From IMG/VR virus record IMGVR_UViG_3300039159_000198: DNA of 64,000 bases; one strand, 5' to 3'. Shown here one piece after another: positions 51,111 through 59,177 of the stretch; position 1 is the first letter of the stretch, and every line of letters starts with the position of its first letter. The notes beneath the pieces are model-generated. The model worked only from the letters and a program-made list of their open reading frames with translations. It searched no databases and was not told the DNA's origin. Source of the stretch: a virus (lineage: Duplodnaviria; Heunggongvirae; Uroviricota; Caudoviricetes). The position numbers were made by a program, and so were the translations under genes.

Positions 51111-51182
51111 GGTACTGTAGCTCAGGGGTAGAGCACTTGGTTGAAGCCCAAGGTGTCGTTGGTTCGATTCCAACCAGTACCA
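51111..51182 (+). tRNA. tRNA-Phe (anticodon GAA)
   Basis: acceptor GGTACTG/CAGTACC, D-arm GCTC-AGGGGTA-GAGC, anticodon stem CTTGG/CCAAG with loop TTGAAGC, T-arm GTTGG-TTCGATT-CCAAC. Confidence 0.8.
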
Positions 51183-51258
51183 CGGAGTCCCGAAATAACG
51201 GGAAACCCCCACTCCCATATGGCAGCCGGTCCGTTAAGCCGGTGAAGTGGGGTAAAAT

Positions 51259-51332
51259 TGGTCTGAAGCTTATACAGTAAAGTACTCGACTGTTAATCGA
51301 GATTCTTGCAGGTGCAAATCCTGTCAGACCAG
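51259..51332 (+). tRNA. tRNA-Asn (anticodon GTT)
   Basis: U1-A72 acceptor TGGTCTG/CAGACCA, D-stem GCTT/AAGT, anticodon stem CTCGA/TCGAG with loop CTGTTAA, T-loop TGCAAAT. Confidence 0.65.
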
Positions 51333-51463
51333 CAAACAAGGAAACAACCCCTGAGTTGGTAAGGCCTTACCCGGACTCAAGAGAAGTAAAGTTACCAAAT
51401 GGGTGCGTAACGCCTTGGACTACAACGGGCTTCATAGAGGTATAAATAGTTGTAGTCAAAATT

Positions 51464-51535
51464 GCTTCTATAGTAGAATGGTAAGCACGCATTCCTGATA
51501 AGAATGAAAAGAAGGTTTGATTCCTTCTAGAAGTA
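51464..51535 (+). tRNA. tRNA-Ile (anticodon GAT)
   Basis: acceptor GCTTCTA/TAGAAGT, anticodon stem CATTC/GAATG with loop CTGATAA, T-arm GAAGG-TTTGATT-CCTTC, weak D-stem. Confidence 0.65.
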
Positions 51536-51548
51536 CAAAATAATATAT

Positions 51549-51622
51549 GGTGATTGTAGCTGAATTGGTAAAGCGTCTGATTGTGGTTCAGGAGATTGTG
51601 GGTTCGAGTCCCATCTTTCACA
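51549..51622 (+). tRNA. tRNA-His-like (anticodon GTG) with extra 5' G and imperfect acceptor
   Basis: anticodon stem TCTGA/TCAGG with loop TTGTGGT, T-arm GTGGG-TTCGAGT-CCCAT, acceptor G-GTGATTG/CTTTCAC with two U-U mismatches. Confidence 0.45.
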
Positions 51623-51847
51623 CGACATCTCCCAAAGGGAGAAGGTCCTGGTCAGAGATTTATTCTTGCAAAGGCAATACCTAAAGTTGCCCGTCTAATC
51701 TACGGGATTAGTTAAAAAGAGAGACAGTAAATCTGTAGTTAAAAGGTAGAGTGTATTAATAGACGAAAAAGGGTTTGGAGTAGTCTGACGTCACCCATCG
51801 CATTTAACCATAAACCCCGAAAGACCCGAAACGTCTCTCTTTATTTT

Positions 51848-51919
51848 ATTTCTATAGTTCAACGGATAGAACAATTGACTACGAATCAATAGATGGTGGT
51901 TCGAATCCATCTAGAAATA
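51848..51919 (+). tRNA. tRNA-Arg (anticodon ACG)
   Basis: acceptor ATTTCTA/TAGAAAT, D-arm GTTC-AACGGATA-GAAC, anticodon stem ATTGA/TCAAT with loop CTACGAA, T-arm GGTGG-TTCGAAT-CCATC. Confidence 0.7.
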
Positions 51920-51928
51920 CTAACATAC

Positions 51929-51990
51929 GGGTCGCAGACAAGGTGTCGGTCAGGTCTCTAAAACCTCGACGGCTTGTTCTAAAAATTGGA
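51929..51990 (+). pseudogene. half-tRNA pseudogene paralogous to the 50385 tRNA; anticodon loop CTCTAAA (CUA, amber-reading)
   Basis: GGGTCGCAGACAAGGTGTCGGTCAGGTCTCTAAAACCTCG aligns with GGGAACAACAGGCAAGGTGCCGAGCAGGTCTGTAAAACCTCA, but the 3' half (T-arm and acceptor) is absent and is overlapped by tRNA-Ser(GCT). Confidence 0.4.
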
Positions 51991-52074
51991 GAATAGATTA
52001 ATATTGGTTCGTGATGGCATCCTGCTAAGATGTTCCGGGTAAAACCGGTGAGGGTTCGATTCCCTCGTTCTCCG
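51988..52074 (+). tRNA. tRNA-Ser (anticodon GCT), class II
   Basis: acceptor GGAGAAT/GTTCTCC, anticodon stem GCATC/GATGT with loop CTGCTAA, long variable arm CCGG-gtaaaa-CCGG, T-arm GAGGG-TTCGATT-CCCTC. Confidence 0.7.
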
Positions 52075-52343
52075 CAAAAACCTGGTCCCCGCCCTCACAA
52101 TGTGTCTAAGGAACACAGGAGCTGAAAGTACAATCGGGGCGAATGTGGTGGGACACTTTAAAATCTTAGGTACAACGATAAGTTAGCGGGTTCTTATCAA
52201 CTGCCGAGGGGTCAAGGACCAAGGACGGCTCATATCCGACCTTAGAATGGAGCATTACCATTTCTCGGTACAAAATTTCTTAAATATTTCTTTGTCAATT
52301 CAAAACTTATCCATACCTTTGTCGAAATTAAAAACAAAGAAAT

Positions 52344-53186
52344 ATGAATAAGTTAAAAGTAATGTTTAAGGAGAATTGGAAATCAATATTGTTTTCTTAT
52401 TCTTTATTCACAATCAATTCAATATTAATGGTTATGTATCCCAAAGTATTGGGTAATTCCATCGACCACTTAATTGCCAAAGATTATTCTTACATTTGGT
52501 ATTTAATTTCTACATTCGTGGCAATCATGTTTTTTGGGTATATCAGTAGAATTTACGACACCAAGGTATTCTCCGGAATTTATAGACGATTTGCGTCAAA
52601 GGAAACACATAATCAACTTGAGAATGATGTCGATACGAGTAAGGTTAATGGTAGATTAACTCTGATGAACCGTATTGTTAGTTTCTTTGAGCACGATATG
52701 TTGGTGGTATTACAGACAATCATTGGAATCATTGGAGCCGTTTATTTCTTGGCGTTGGTGAGTTTACCAATAGTTGGGTTTTTAATCATCACAACAATTT
52801 TAATCTTGGGAGCCACATCATATTATTCACCAAGAATTGCTCAAATCACCAGTCTTTATAATGACTTGTCTGAAGAACAAACGGATATTGTCTCCACAAG
52901 AAATATATCGGGAATCAATAATTTATTAAAACGAGGACAGAAATTGTCTCTTAAATTATCATCAATTGACGCGAAGTTTTCAATTTGGATTCAGGCAATC
53001 GTGTATGGTAGTGTAACGTCTTTATTAACATATTATGTTATGTATAATAATGTTACGGTCGGGAGTGTATTTTCAACATATCGGTATATGTTTGATTTTT
53101 GTAATGCGCTTCTTGGTGTCCCAACTATCATCACATCATACATCAACATTAAAGATGTTATTAAAAGATTAGAAACCGAAAATTAA
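52344..53186 (+). CDS. polytopic membrane protein (resembles an ABC-exporter transmembrane domain without an ATPase)
   Basis: multiple hydrophobic helices and a promoter box TACCTTTG at ~52316. Confidence 0.4.
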   Translation: MNKLKVMFKENWKSILFSYSLFTINSILMVMYPKVLGNSIDHLIAKDYSYIWYLISTFVAIMFFGYISRIYDTKVFSGIYRRFASKETHNQLENDVDTSKVNGRLTLMNRIVSFFEHDMLVVLQTIIGIIGAVYFLALVSLPIVGFLIITTILILGATSYYSPRIAQITSLYNDLSEEQTDIVSTRNISGINNLLKRGQKLSLKLSSIDAKFSIWIQAIVYGSVTSLLTYYVMYNNVTVGSVFSTYRYMFDFCNALLGVPTIITSYINIKDVIKRLETEN

Positions 53187-53234
53187 TTTGGTGAATTAAA
53201 AAACATTTATTACCTTTGTAAAAAAATAAACGAT

Positions 53235-53561
53235 ATGATATTAGAGAAAGAATTATTGGACTTTACAAATTGGTTATACGATAACAATTGGAGATTAATC
53301 GGTGATGGTATGTGTTTGAATACCAAAACAAAAGATGTGTCTAAAATTAACGAATTGGTGGTCCGAAGTAAGACCTTGGAAAATTATGCCCCACAAAAAT
53401 TTCAAATTGGAGAAACGGTTAGAATCGTTGAGAATGGTGATGAGGTATCAATCGTGAATGTTAAATGGAACAAATACGATAACGAATATAAATATTGGTA
53501 CGAGGACGAAGAAGGTAATGATTGGTATGGTTATCACGATGAGTTTGAATCAATATCATGA
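53235..53561 (+). CDS. hypothetical protein
   Basis: ORF with a promoter box TACCTTTG at ~53210. Confidence 0.45.
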   Translation: MILEKELLDFTNWLYDNNWRLIGDGMCLNTKTKDVSKINELVVRSKTLENYAPQKFQIGETVRIVENGDEVSIVNVKWNKYDNEYKYWYEDEEGNDWYGYHDEFESIS

Positions 53562-53666
53562 TTAAAAAAATTATCTTTATTTTATCCCTGATATGGGATA
53601 AAATTAGAATGAAACGGAAAAGCAAGTGGGATTTATAAAATAAATAAAATAAATAAAATAAAATAT

Positions 53667-54938
53667 ATGGAACAACATAAAGACATTTTCTATATTATCT
53701 CAAAAGAAAACGATAGACAAGTTAGAGGCATTGAACTAATCGCTTCGGAGAATTACACGAGTGATGAGGTTATGAGAGCGGCGGGTTCGTGTTTAACAAA
53801 CAAGTATGCCGAAGGATATCCGGGTAAAAGATATTATGGTGGTTGTGAGGTTGTTGATGTAATTGAACAAATAGCGATTGATAATGCTAAAAAATTATTT
53901 GGAGCGGAATACGCAAATGTTCAACCTCATTCCGGGTCACAGGCAAATACTGCAGTATTTCATGCTTGTTTAAACGTGGGTGATAAAATATTGGGTTTTG
54001 ATTTATCTCACGGAGGACATTTAACACACGGTTCACCGGTAAATTTTTCCGGTAAATTATACACATCAAGTTTTTATGGAGTGGAGGAGAATGGGGAATT
54101 TGACTATGATAAAATTCAAGAAATAGCAACCAAAGAACAACCAAAATTAATCATTGCTGGTGCGTCTGCTTATTGTCGTGATATGGATTTTAAACGTTTT
54201 AGAGAAATTGCAGATTCAGTTGGAGCGATATTATTGGCCGACATCTCACACCCTTCTGGTTTAATTGTGTCAGGACTGATGAATAATCCAGTTCCACACT
54301 GTCATATAGTTACAACAACCACACATAAAACATTACGTGGACCAAGAGGTGGTTTAATTATTATGGGTGAGGATTTTCCAAATCCAATGGGGATAAAAAC
54401 ACCTAAAGGAGAACTGAAAATGATGTCAAATTTATTAGACCTAGCAGTATTCCCGGGCAATCAAGGTGGTCCATTAATGCACATAATTGCTGCCAAAGCA
54501 ATCGCCTTTGAACAATGTTTAAGTAATGATTTTTACGAATATTCGGTACAAGTTCAAAAAAACGCTAAAGCAATTGCTGAATCATTTACTAAAAGAGGTT
54601 ATAATTTAATCTCTAATGGAACTGATAATCATATGATTCTAATTGACCTTAGAAATAAAGGAATTACAGGTAAAGAAGCGGAAGAAGTGTTGGGTAAGGC
54701 GGACATTACAGTAAATAAAAATATGGTACCCTTTGATGATAAATCACCTTTTATCACATCCGGTATTAGAATTGGAACACCTGCCGTTACCACAAGAGGA
54801 TTAGTGGAAGAAGATATGGAAAGTATTGTTTCTTTTATTGATACTCTATTAGTTAGACGTAATGATGACTTTATTATTGATAGTGTAAAAAGAGGTGTAA
54901 ATGAATGGATGAGTACAAAACCAATATTTAACAAATAA
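53667..54938 (+). CDS. glyA: serine hydroxymethyltransferase
   Basis: 423 aa with the PLP-lysine region [17 protein letters not shown] and [12 protein letters not shown], both diagnostic SHMT blocks. Confidence 0.9.
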   Translation: MEQHKDIFYIISKENDRQVRGIELIASENYTSDEVMRAAGSCLTNKYAEGYPGKRYYGGCEVVDVIEQIAIDNAKKLFGAEYANVQPHSGSQANTAVFHACLNVGDKILGFDLSHGGHLTHGSPVNFSGKLYTSSFYGVEENGEFDYDKIQEIATKEQPKLIIAGASAYCRDMDFKRFREIADSVGAILLADISHPSGLIVSGLMNNPVPHCHIVTTTTHKTLRGPRGGLIIMGEDFPNPMGIKTPKGELKMMSNLLDLAVFPGNQGGPLMHIIAAKAIAFEQCLSNDFYEYSVQVQKNAKAIAESFTKRGYNLISNGTDNHMILIDLRNKGITGKEAEEVLGKADITVNKNMVPFDDKSPFITSGIRIGTPAVTTRGLVEEDMESIVSFIDTLLVRRNDDFIIDSVKRGVNEWMSTKPIFNK

Positions 54939-54954
54939 AAAAAAAACAAATGAA

Positions 54955-55179
54955 ATGGTTGAGGGGTGGTATAAGGGTTTCTGTAGGAACAATTATGTCG
55001 CTTATTGGGATGGAGAAAAGTTCCAACACCTCCGGTATAAATTCGGATTCATGTTGGACACAATAGAACATTTTGAGGATGTTAAAGAGAAACGATTAGA
55101 TGGGTTTGTTCCGGTTGAGAGAATTGAAAGATTGGCTCCGGATGAGCAATGGAAAATTAAAGATGAAATAGGATATTAA
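54955..55179 (+). CDS. hypothetical protein
   Basis: ORF. Confidence 0.4.
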   Translation: MVEGWYKGFCRNNYVAYWDGEKFQHLRYKFGFMLDTIEHFEDVKEKRLDGFVPVERIERLAPDEQWKIKDEIGY

Positions 55180-55180
55180 G

Positions 55181-55780
55181 ATGATAGATAATTTAGAAGT
55201 AATAAAACCATTATTGAATTTGTCCGAAAAGGGGGATTTTTATTCTTTAATGATTTTAAAGAGAAAGAAAGACCAACCGGAAGGTGAGAGAGATAATCAT
55301 CAGTCGGTTAGAACAATCAAAACATATTGTATTGATAGTATTGACCATCTTGAAAAAAGATACAATGAAATCAAACAAGTATGTGAGATGTTTAAAGCAA
55401 GAGCATACATCCACGTACAGAAACAAAACCATAGTGATGTTTCATTGGATATGTTGGCATTACTTGCTGAGAGAATCAAAAATGGTGTGAAAAACCAAAA
55501 AGGTTTATTTGATTCAGTTGTGGGTCAAATTAAAACACACGAGAAAAGATGGATTATTGATGTTGATACAAAGGACAAACAATTCCTGAGAGACATTACA
55601 ATGGATTTGATGGAGATTCAACCGGTGGGGAATAAAGTTGAAAAAGTAATCCCAACCAAAAACGGATTTCATTTGATTACTTGTAAGTTTAATGTGATGG
55701 AGTTTAAGGAAAAGTATCCGGACGTAGAAATCCATAAAAAAAATCCGACTTTGTTGTTTTTACCGAATAGTTTAGAATAA
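55181..55780 (+). CDS. hypothetical protein
   Basis: ORF. Confidence 0.5.
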   Translation: MIDNLEVIKPLLNLSEKGDFYSLMILKRKKDQPEGERDNHQSVRTIKTYCIDSIDHLEKRYNEIKQVCEMFKARAYIHVQKQNHSDVSLDMLALLAERIKNGVKNQKGLFDSVVGQIKTHEKRWIIDVDTKDKQFLRDITMDLMEIQPVGNKVEKVIPTKNGFHLITCKFNVMEFKEKYPDVEIHKKNPTLLFLPNSLE

Positions 55781-55854
55781 AATTAAACCCCCTCTACGTA
55801 ACGAAAGCGCTACGACACGTACTATCTGGCAGGTCAGGTGGGGGGTTTTTAAAC

Positions 55855-55937
55855 AGTCAGGTGGCGGAATTGGTATATGCATAACTATAAGGTTGAAAGC
55901 GATTGTTATTTTACAGGTTCGAATCCTGTCCTGACTA
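55855..55937 (+). tRNA. tRNA-like gene X1 (Leu/Tyr-type D-arm GGCGGAATTGGTA, canonical T-arm ACAGG-TTCGAAT-CCTGT) with non-canonical anticodon region
   Basis: acceptor AGTCAGG/CCTGACT. The only 5-bp stem in the middle (ATAAC/GTTAT) encloses a 19-nt loop. It is a paralog of X2 and X3. Confidence 0.4.
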
Positions 55938-55949
55938 CAAGTATTAAAT

Positions 55950-56264
55950 ATGAATATAGATTTATTTAGACATTGGATTCCTGATTTAAGACAAACAAAG
56001 AACAAGAATGCTTATGTTGCAAAGCAATGTCCTTTCTGTCCAAGAACACCACATTCAAAATCATTTAGAATTAATCTTAAACTCAAAGTTTGGAAATGTT
56101 ATCAATGCGGTAGAGGTGGTAAAAATTTTAATAAATTTGTTCATTATTTAAAAGGTAGGGACTACAGAAGAAATAGTATTAAATACTTGAAGAGAATAGG
56201 TCGTCAACCAATGAGTATTCCTATTGTGGTTCAATACGGATGTGAAAGTTCATTACCGTTTTGA
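55950..56264 (+). CDS. zinc-ribbon hypothetical protein
   Basis: CPFCPR...CYQCGRGG. Confidence 0.4.
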   Translation: MNIDLFRHWIPDLRQTKNKNAYVAKQCPFCPRTPHSKSFRINLKLKVWKCYQCGRGGKNFNKFVHYLKGRDYRRNSIKYLKRIGRQPMSIPIVVQYGCESSLPF

Positions 56265-56307
56265 CGTACAACCCGTGAGATAGAAAGACGAATAAGCGGG
56301 TTAAATT

Positions 56308-56397
56308 GGTCAGGTAGTTTAATGGTAGAACAGCTAGATGACTCAGATACTGATTCTGATAATATTGCTTATACAGGTTCGAATCCTGTTCTGACTA
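56308..56397 (+). tRNA. tRNA-like gene X2 (class-II length, same T-arm as X1 and X3), anticodon unresolved
   Basis: acceptor GGTCAGG/TCTGACT (two G-U pairs), D-arm GTT-taatggtaga-AAC, candidate anticodon stem TCAGA/TCTGA with loop TACTGAT (no U33). Confidence 0.4.
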
Positions 56398-56743
56398 CAA
56401 ATAAAGTTCAAAATAAATAAAGATTGGGTTCATTTTATGATGATTATGAGCCCGATTTTACGTATATTTGAGCCATAAAATAAAATTAACTATGAAAAAA
56501 CAATTTGATATGCTTTGAGGTCTACTCAACAATAGACTGAAAAGTTATGAGTATAAATGTAAACAGAGCCAAGTTCAATAAAGAGACTTGTTCAAAAGAT
56601 TACAAAAGAATTTTATTAGACGAATTATACCCGATGTATTGGGATGAGGGTCTAAATTTCATACACGGTCATTCGGCTTCAAAATACAGAAGTCACAAAA
56701 CGTGGAAATACAATAGAAAAACACAATATAAAGAATAGGAATA

Positions 56744-57247
56744 ATGAGTGTAAAACACAGTAAATGTTTAGTATTAGATTCAAATTTTATACCAAGAAGT
56801 ATAATTTCAACTGAGAGAGCGTTTGTAATTAATTACAAGGGTAATGCGGTTGTCTTGGCTGAGCATCCTGAACTTTTTTTACATCCTGTTTATAAATTTA
56901 AAAAACCATCAATTATTCGGGTTTTTAAGTATGTTAAAACACAAATCCATAAGGTTCCGTTAAATCGTGAAAACGTATATAGAAGAGATGGTTTTTGTTG
57001 TGTTTATTGTGGTGATGAAAATCGTAAAACATTGACGTTAGACCACGTAATACCTCAATCAAAGGGTGGTAGAGACTCTTGGGATAATTTGGTTACTGCG
57101 TGTAAAAAGTGTAATAGTGAAAAGTCAAATTTAACTTTGGAGGAATATGGTAAAGAAATACCTCAACCAAGGAGACCTCACTATTTAATGTTAATGAAAC
57201 AGATTACACACATCCCAAAAGAATGGGAAGATTATTTATTCTTTTAA
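56744..57247 (+). CDS. HNH endonuclease located between tRNA-like genes
   Basis: CVYCGDENRKTLTLDHVIPQSKGGRDSWDNLVTACKKCNSEK, a classic HNH motif. Confidence 0.75.
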   Translation: MSVKHSKCLVLDSNFIPRSIISTERAFVINYKGNAVVLAEHPELFLHPVYKFKKPSIIRVFKYVKTQIHKVPLNRENVYRRDGFCCVYCGDENRKTLTLDHVIPQSKGGRDSWDNLVTACKKCNSEKSNLTLEEYGKEIPQPRRPHYLMLMKQITHIPKEWEDYLFF

Positions 57248-57254
57248 AGAATAA

Positions 57255-57403
57255 GGTCAGGTGGCGGAATGGTAGACGATAAAGTGGGTTACCCTTAGAG
57301 TAAAACCTATCATATATAAAATAAAGGCAGTTTACTGCTTATGATAGTCATTGGTAAATTTGAAAATGTTACTCAATTACAGGTTCGAATCCTGTCCTGA
57401 CCA
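57255..57403 (+). tRNA. tRNA-like gene X3 with ~70-nt internal insertion (intron-like or expanded arm)
   Basis: 5' GGTCAGGTGGCGGAATGGTAGACG and 3' ACAGGTTCGAATCCTGTCCTGACCA are typical tRNA ends. The interior contains an 8-bp hairpin CTATCATA/TATGATAG. Confidence 0.35.
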
Positions 57404-57620
57404 CAAAATTTAAGAATTTGATAGTTCCCGGTGATAATCGCCGTTATCTAAGACAATGATAAATAAAAACAGACATATAACTTGCGTCAGTGGTAAATGA
57501 ATGTGAGGTTCGGAATAGTCAACCAAACCAAGAGACCGCCGAGGGTAAACACAGGGATGACCCCTGTCCACCCCCCAAGATGAAATATCGGAAAATCATT
57601 CTGTCTGTTTTTTTTACATG

Positions 57621-57693
57621 GATATTGAATCACAATTGGACGTGCGACCGGTGTAAGGCCGGGAGGATATAGGTTCGAACCCTATCAATATCC
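57621..57693 (+). tRNA. tRNA-like gene, candidate anticodon TAA (Leu) on a CCGG/CCGG stem
   Basis: acceptor GATATTG/CAATATC, T-arm ATAGG-TTCGAAC-CCTAT, D-stem CAC/GTG, anticodon loop TGTAAGG with G at position 33. Confidence 0.4.
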
Positions 57694-57734
57694 CAAAAAT
57701 TAAACTTTTTTTTTAATCACGTATATTTATTAAC

Positions 57735-58028
57735 GTGAAAAAATTTATAATCACAGAAGAAGAAAAAGATGAAATATTGTCAAAATATAATCTAATAAAA
57801 GAACCGGACAATAACTTTTTGAAATTTAGATACTCAGGAAATGAGTTCCCAACGGATGAAATGAGGGAATGGTTTCGTAATAAGGTTGAGTATATGGATG
57901 AATGGGATGAATTAGATAGAGATTTACAGATGGACATTGTTAGAAATAATTTTTTTGATGTTTTCCACGATGAACTATCTGATTTAAGTTATATGGAAAT
58001 GTTAGATGTTTTTAATAAATGTTATTAA
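57735..58028 (+). CDS. hypothetical protein, ITE-leader family (MKKFIITEEEKDEIL)
   Basis: leader motif. It is a tandem paralog of 58030..58413. Confidence 0.5.
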   Translation: MKKFIITEEEKDEILSKYNLIKEPDNNFLKFRYSGNEFPTDEMREWFRNKVEYMDEWDELDRDLQMDIVRNNFFDVFHDELSDLSYMEMLDVFNKCY

Positions 58029-58029
58029 T

Positions 58030-58413
58030 ATGAAAAAATTTATAATCACCGAAGAAGAAAAAGACAACATATTAGGTCAATATAAAGAAGTAAAAGATAC
58101 TCCAATAGATAGACGAATGTTAGATATTGATTTAACACCAATGACTATGGCAAAAATTAAATCCAAAGGATTAACACCATATTATATTGAAGGGACTAAT
58201 TTAATTGAATTATCCAGTCATATAAAAAATTCTAAAGTAACTTTTGGACTACACAGACCAACTGAAGTATTTTTATTCTCTCAGGATGATTATGAGAAAA
58301 TTAAAAAAATGTCTGATAACATTAATGAGATGATTGAAGTTAAAAAGAAACAAATTGAGTTGTATAAACAATACATTCCGGCGGTTGCAATAGAACTTAC
58401 AAATAAAAAATAA
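58030..58413 (+). CDS. hypothetical protein, ITE-leader family (MKKFIITEEEKDNIL)
   Basis: leader motif. The start was moved to the second ATG. Confidence 0.5.
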   Translation: MKKFIITEEEKDNILGQYKEVKDTPIDRRMLDIDLTPMTMAKIKSKGLTPYYIEGTNLIELSSHIKNSKVTFGLHRPTEVFLFSQDDYEKIKKMSDNINEMIEVKKKQIELYKQYIPAVAIELTNKK

Positions 58414-58631
58414 TTTTTTTTCAATAATACTTGACACTTTTATAAAAAGGTGTATATTTATTAGAAATTACAATAACACAGAAAATGAAAACTTTAAATA
58501 CAATACTATTATTAACAGGAGCGGAGAGTAGAAATACAACTCGGTCGGAGATGGTATGATGTATTGTTAAGTAAATAATAATAACTGATTAAGTCCATCT
58601 CCAAAAGAGATGGATTTTTTTTTACATTATA

Positions 58632-58662
58632 TTTGGAGAAATGAAAAAAAGTGTTATCTTTG
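58632..58662 (+). promoter_or_regulatory. Bacteroidetes-type promoter (TTTG / TATCTTTG)
   Basis: TTTGgagaaatgaaaaaaagtgtTATCTTTG, upstream of the small ORF 58677..58793. Confidence 0.5.
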
Positions 58663-58676
58663 TCGAAAGAAATAAT

Positions 58677-58793
58677 AACGATGAAAGAAAACGAAACAGA
58701 AGGTACACCGTACCAAGAATTAGAAATGGTATATTCACCAATTTTAGGAGTCACATATGAATTAGTTGATGTGATTGAAGAAGAAGAAAAAGA
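58677..58793 (+). CDS. small acidic protein (38 aa) not in the ORF track
   Basis: MKENETEGTPYQELEMVYSPILGVTYELVDVIEEEEKE with its own promoter box. Confidence 0.3.
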
Positions 58794-58802
58794 ATAAAAA
58801 TA

Positions 58803-58833
58803 TTTGGTAGAACGAAATAAAGTATTATCTTTG
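58803..58833 (+). promoter_or_regulatory. Bacteroidetes-type promoter for the tRNA-Glu/Ala/Asp array
   Basis: TTTGgtagaacgaaataaagtatTATCTTTG. Confidence 0.5.
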
Positions 58834-58882
58834 TACCATCAAAAAGAAAAACAAGTTATTTGATATATTGGTAATATAAATT

Positions 58883-58953
58883 GGCCCGGTCGTCTAAAAG
58901 CAGGACATAGTACTTTCAATTCTAAAACCGGAGAGCGTTACTCCGTCGGGCTA
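58883..58953 (+). tRNA. tRNA-Glu (anticodon TTC) with non-canonical T-loop AGCGTTA
   Basis: acceptor GGCCCGG/TCGGGCT (terminal G-U pairs), D-arm GTCT-aaaagca-GGAC, anticodon loop CTTTCAA, T-arm CGGAG-AGCGTTA-CTCCG. Confidence 0.5.
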
Positions 58954-59095
58954 CTAACATCGATGTTACGAAATTTAATGTAAACTTAACTGTAGAAAGA
59001 ATATAAGTCTCATAAGGTATCTTGAGCAAAGCTTGATAAGGGTGTTAATCTAGGCGGTGTACAAGGGTTTGGTCTTGTATATTAAATTTCAATTG

Positions 59096-59167
59096 GGGGG
59101 TATCGTATAAAAGCAATTACAGTGGTTTTGCAAATCACAGAACACGGAGCGTTACCGTGTACCTCCA
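59096..59167 (+). tRNA. tRNA-Ala (anticodon TGC) with G3-U70 identity pair and T-loop AGCGTTA
   Basis: acceptor GGGGGTA/TACCTCC (G3-T70 wobble), anticodon stem GTGGT/ATCAC with loop TTTGCAA, T-arm CACGG-AGCGTTA-CCGTG. Confidence 0.65.
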
Positions 59168-59177
59168 CAAAAATAAA

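Noticed and set aside
49102-51621. ORFs 49102..49335(+), 49501..49824(-), 50270..50473(-), 50293..50481(-), 51016..51339(-), 51077..51280(+), 51367..51621(-)
   Set aside because: They overlap well-formed tRNA genes and their promoters, they have GC-rich tRNA-derived codon content, and none has a promoter box. They are spurious.
53887-54949. Minus-strand ORFs 53887..54144 and 54629..54949
   Set aside because: They are embedded antisense within the strongly supported glyA gene.
55284-56005. ORFs 55284..55490(+), 55514..55735(-), 55772..56005(-)
   Set aside because: The first two overlap the longer, better-supported 55181..55780. The third overlaps a terminator and tRNA-like gene X1.
57490-57672. 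ORF 57490..57672 (+)
   Set aside because: It overlaps the tRNA-like gene at 57621..57693. Its GC-rich composition derives from the tRNA.
58512-58754. Minus-strand ORF 58512..58754
   Set aside because: It spans a plus-strand terminator, a promoter box and the small plus-strand ORF 58677..58793. It has no minus-strand promoter signal.
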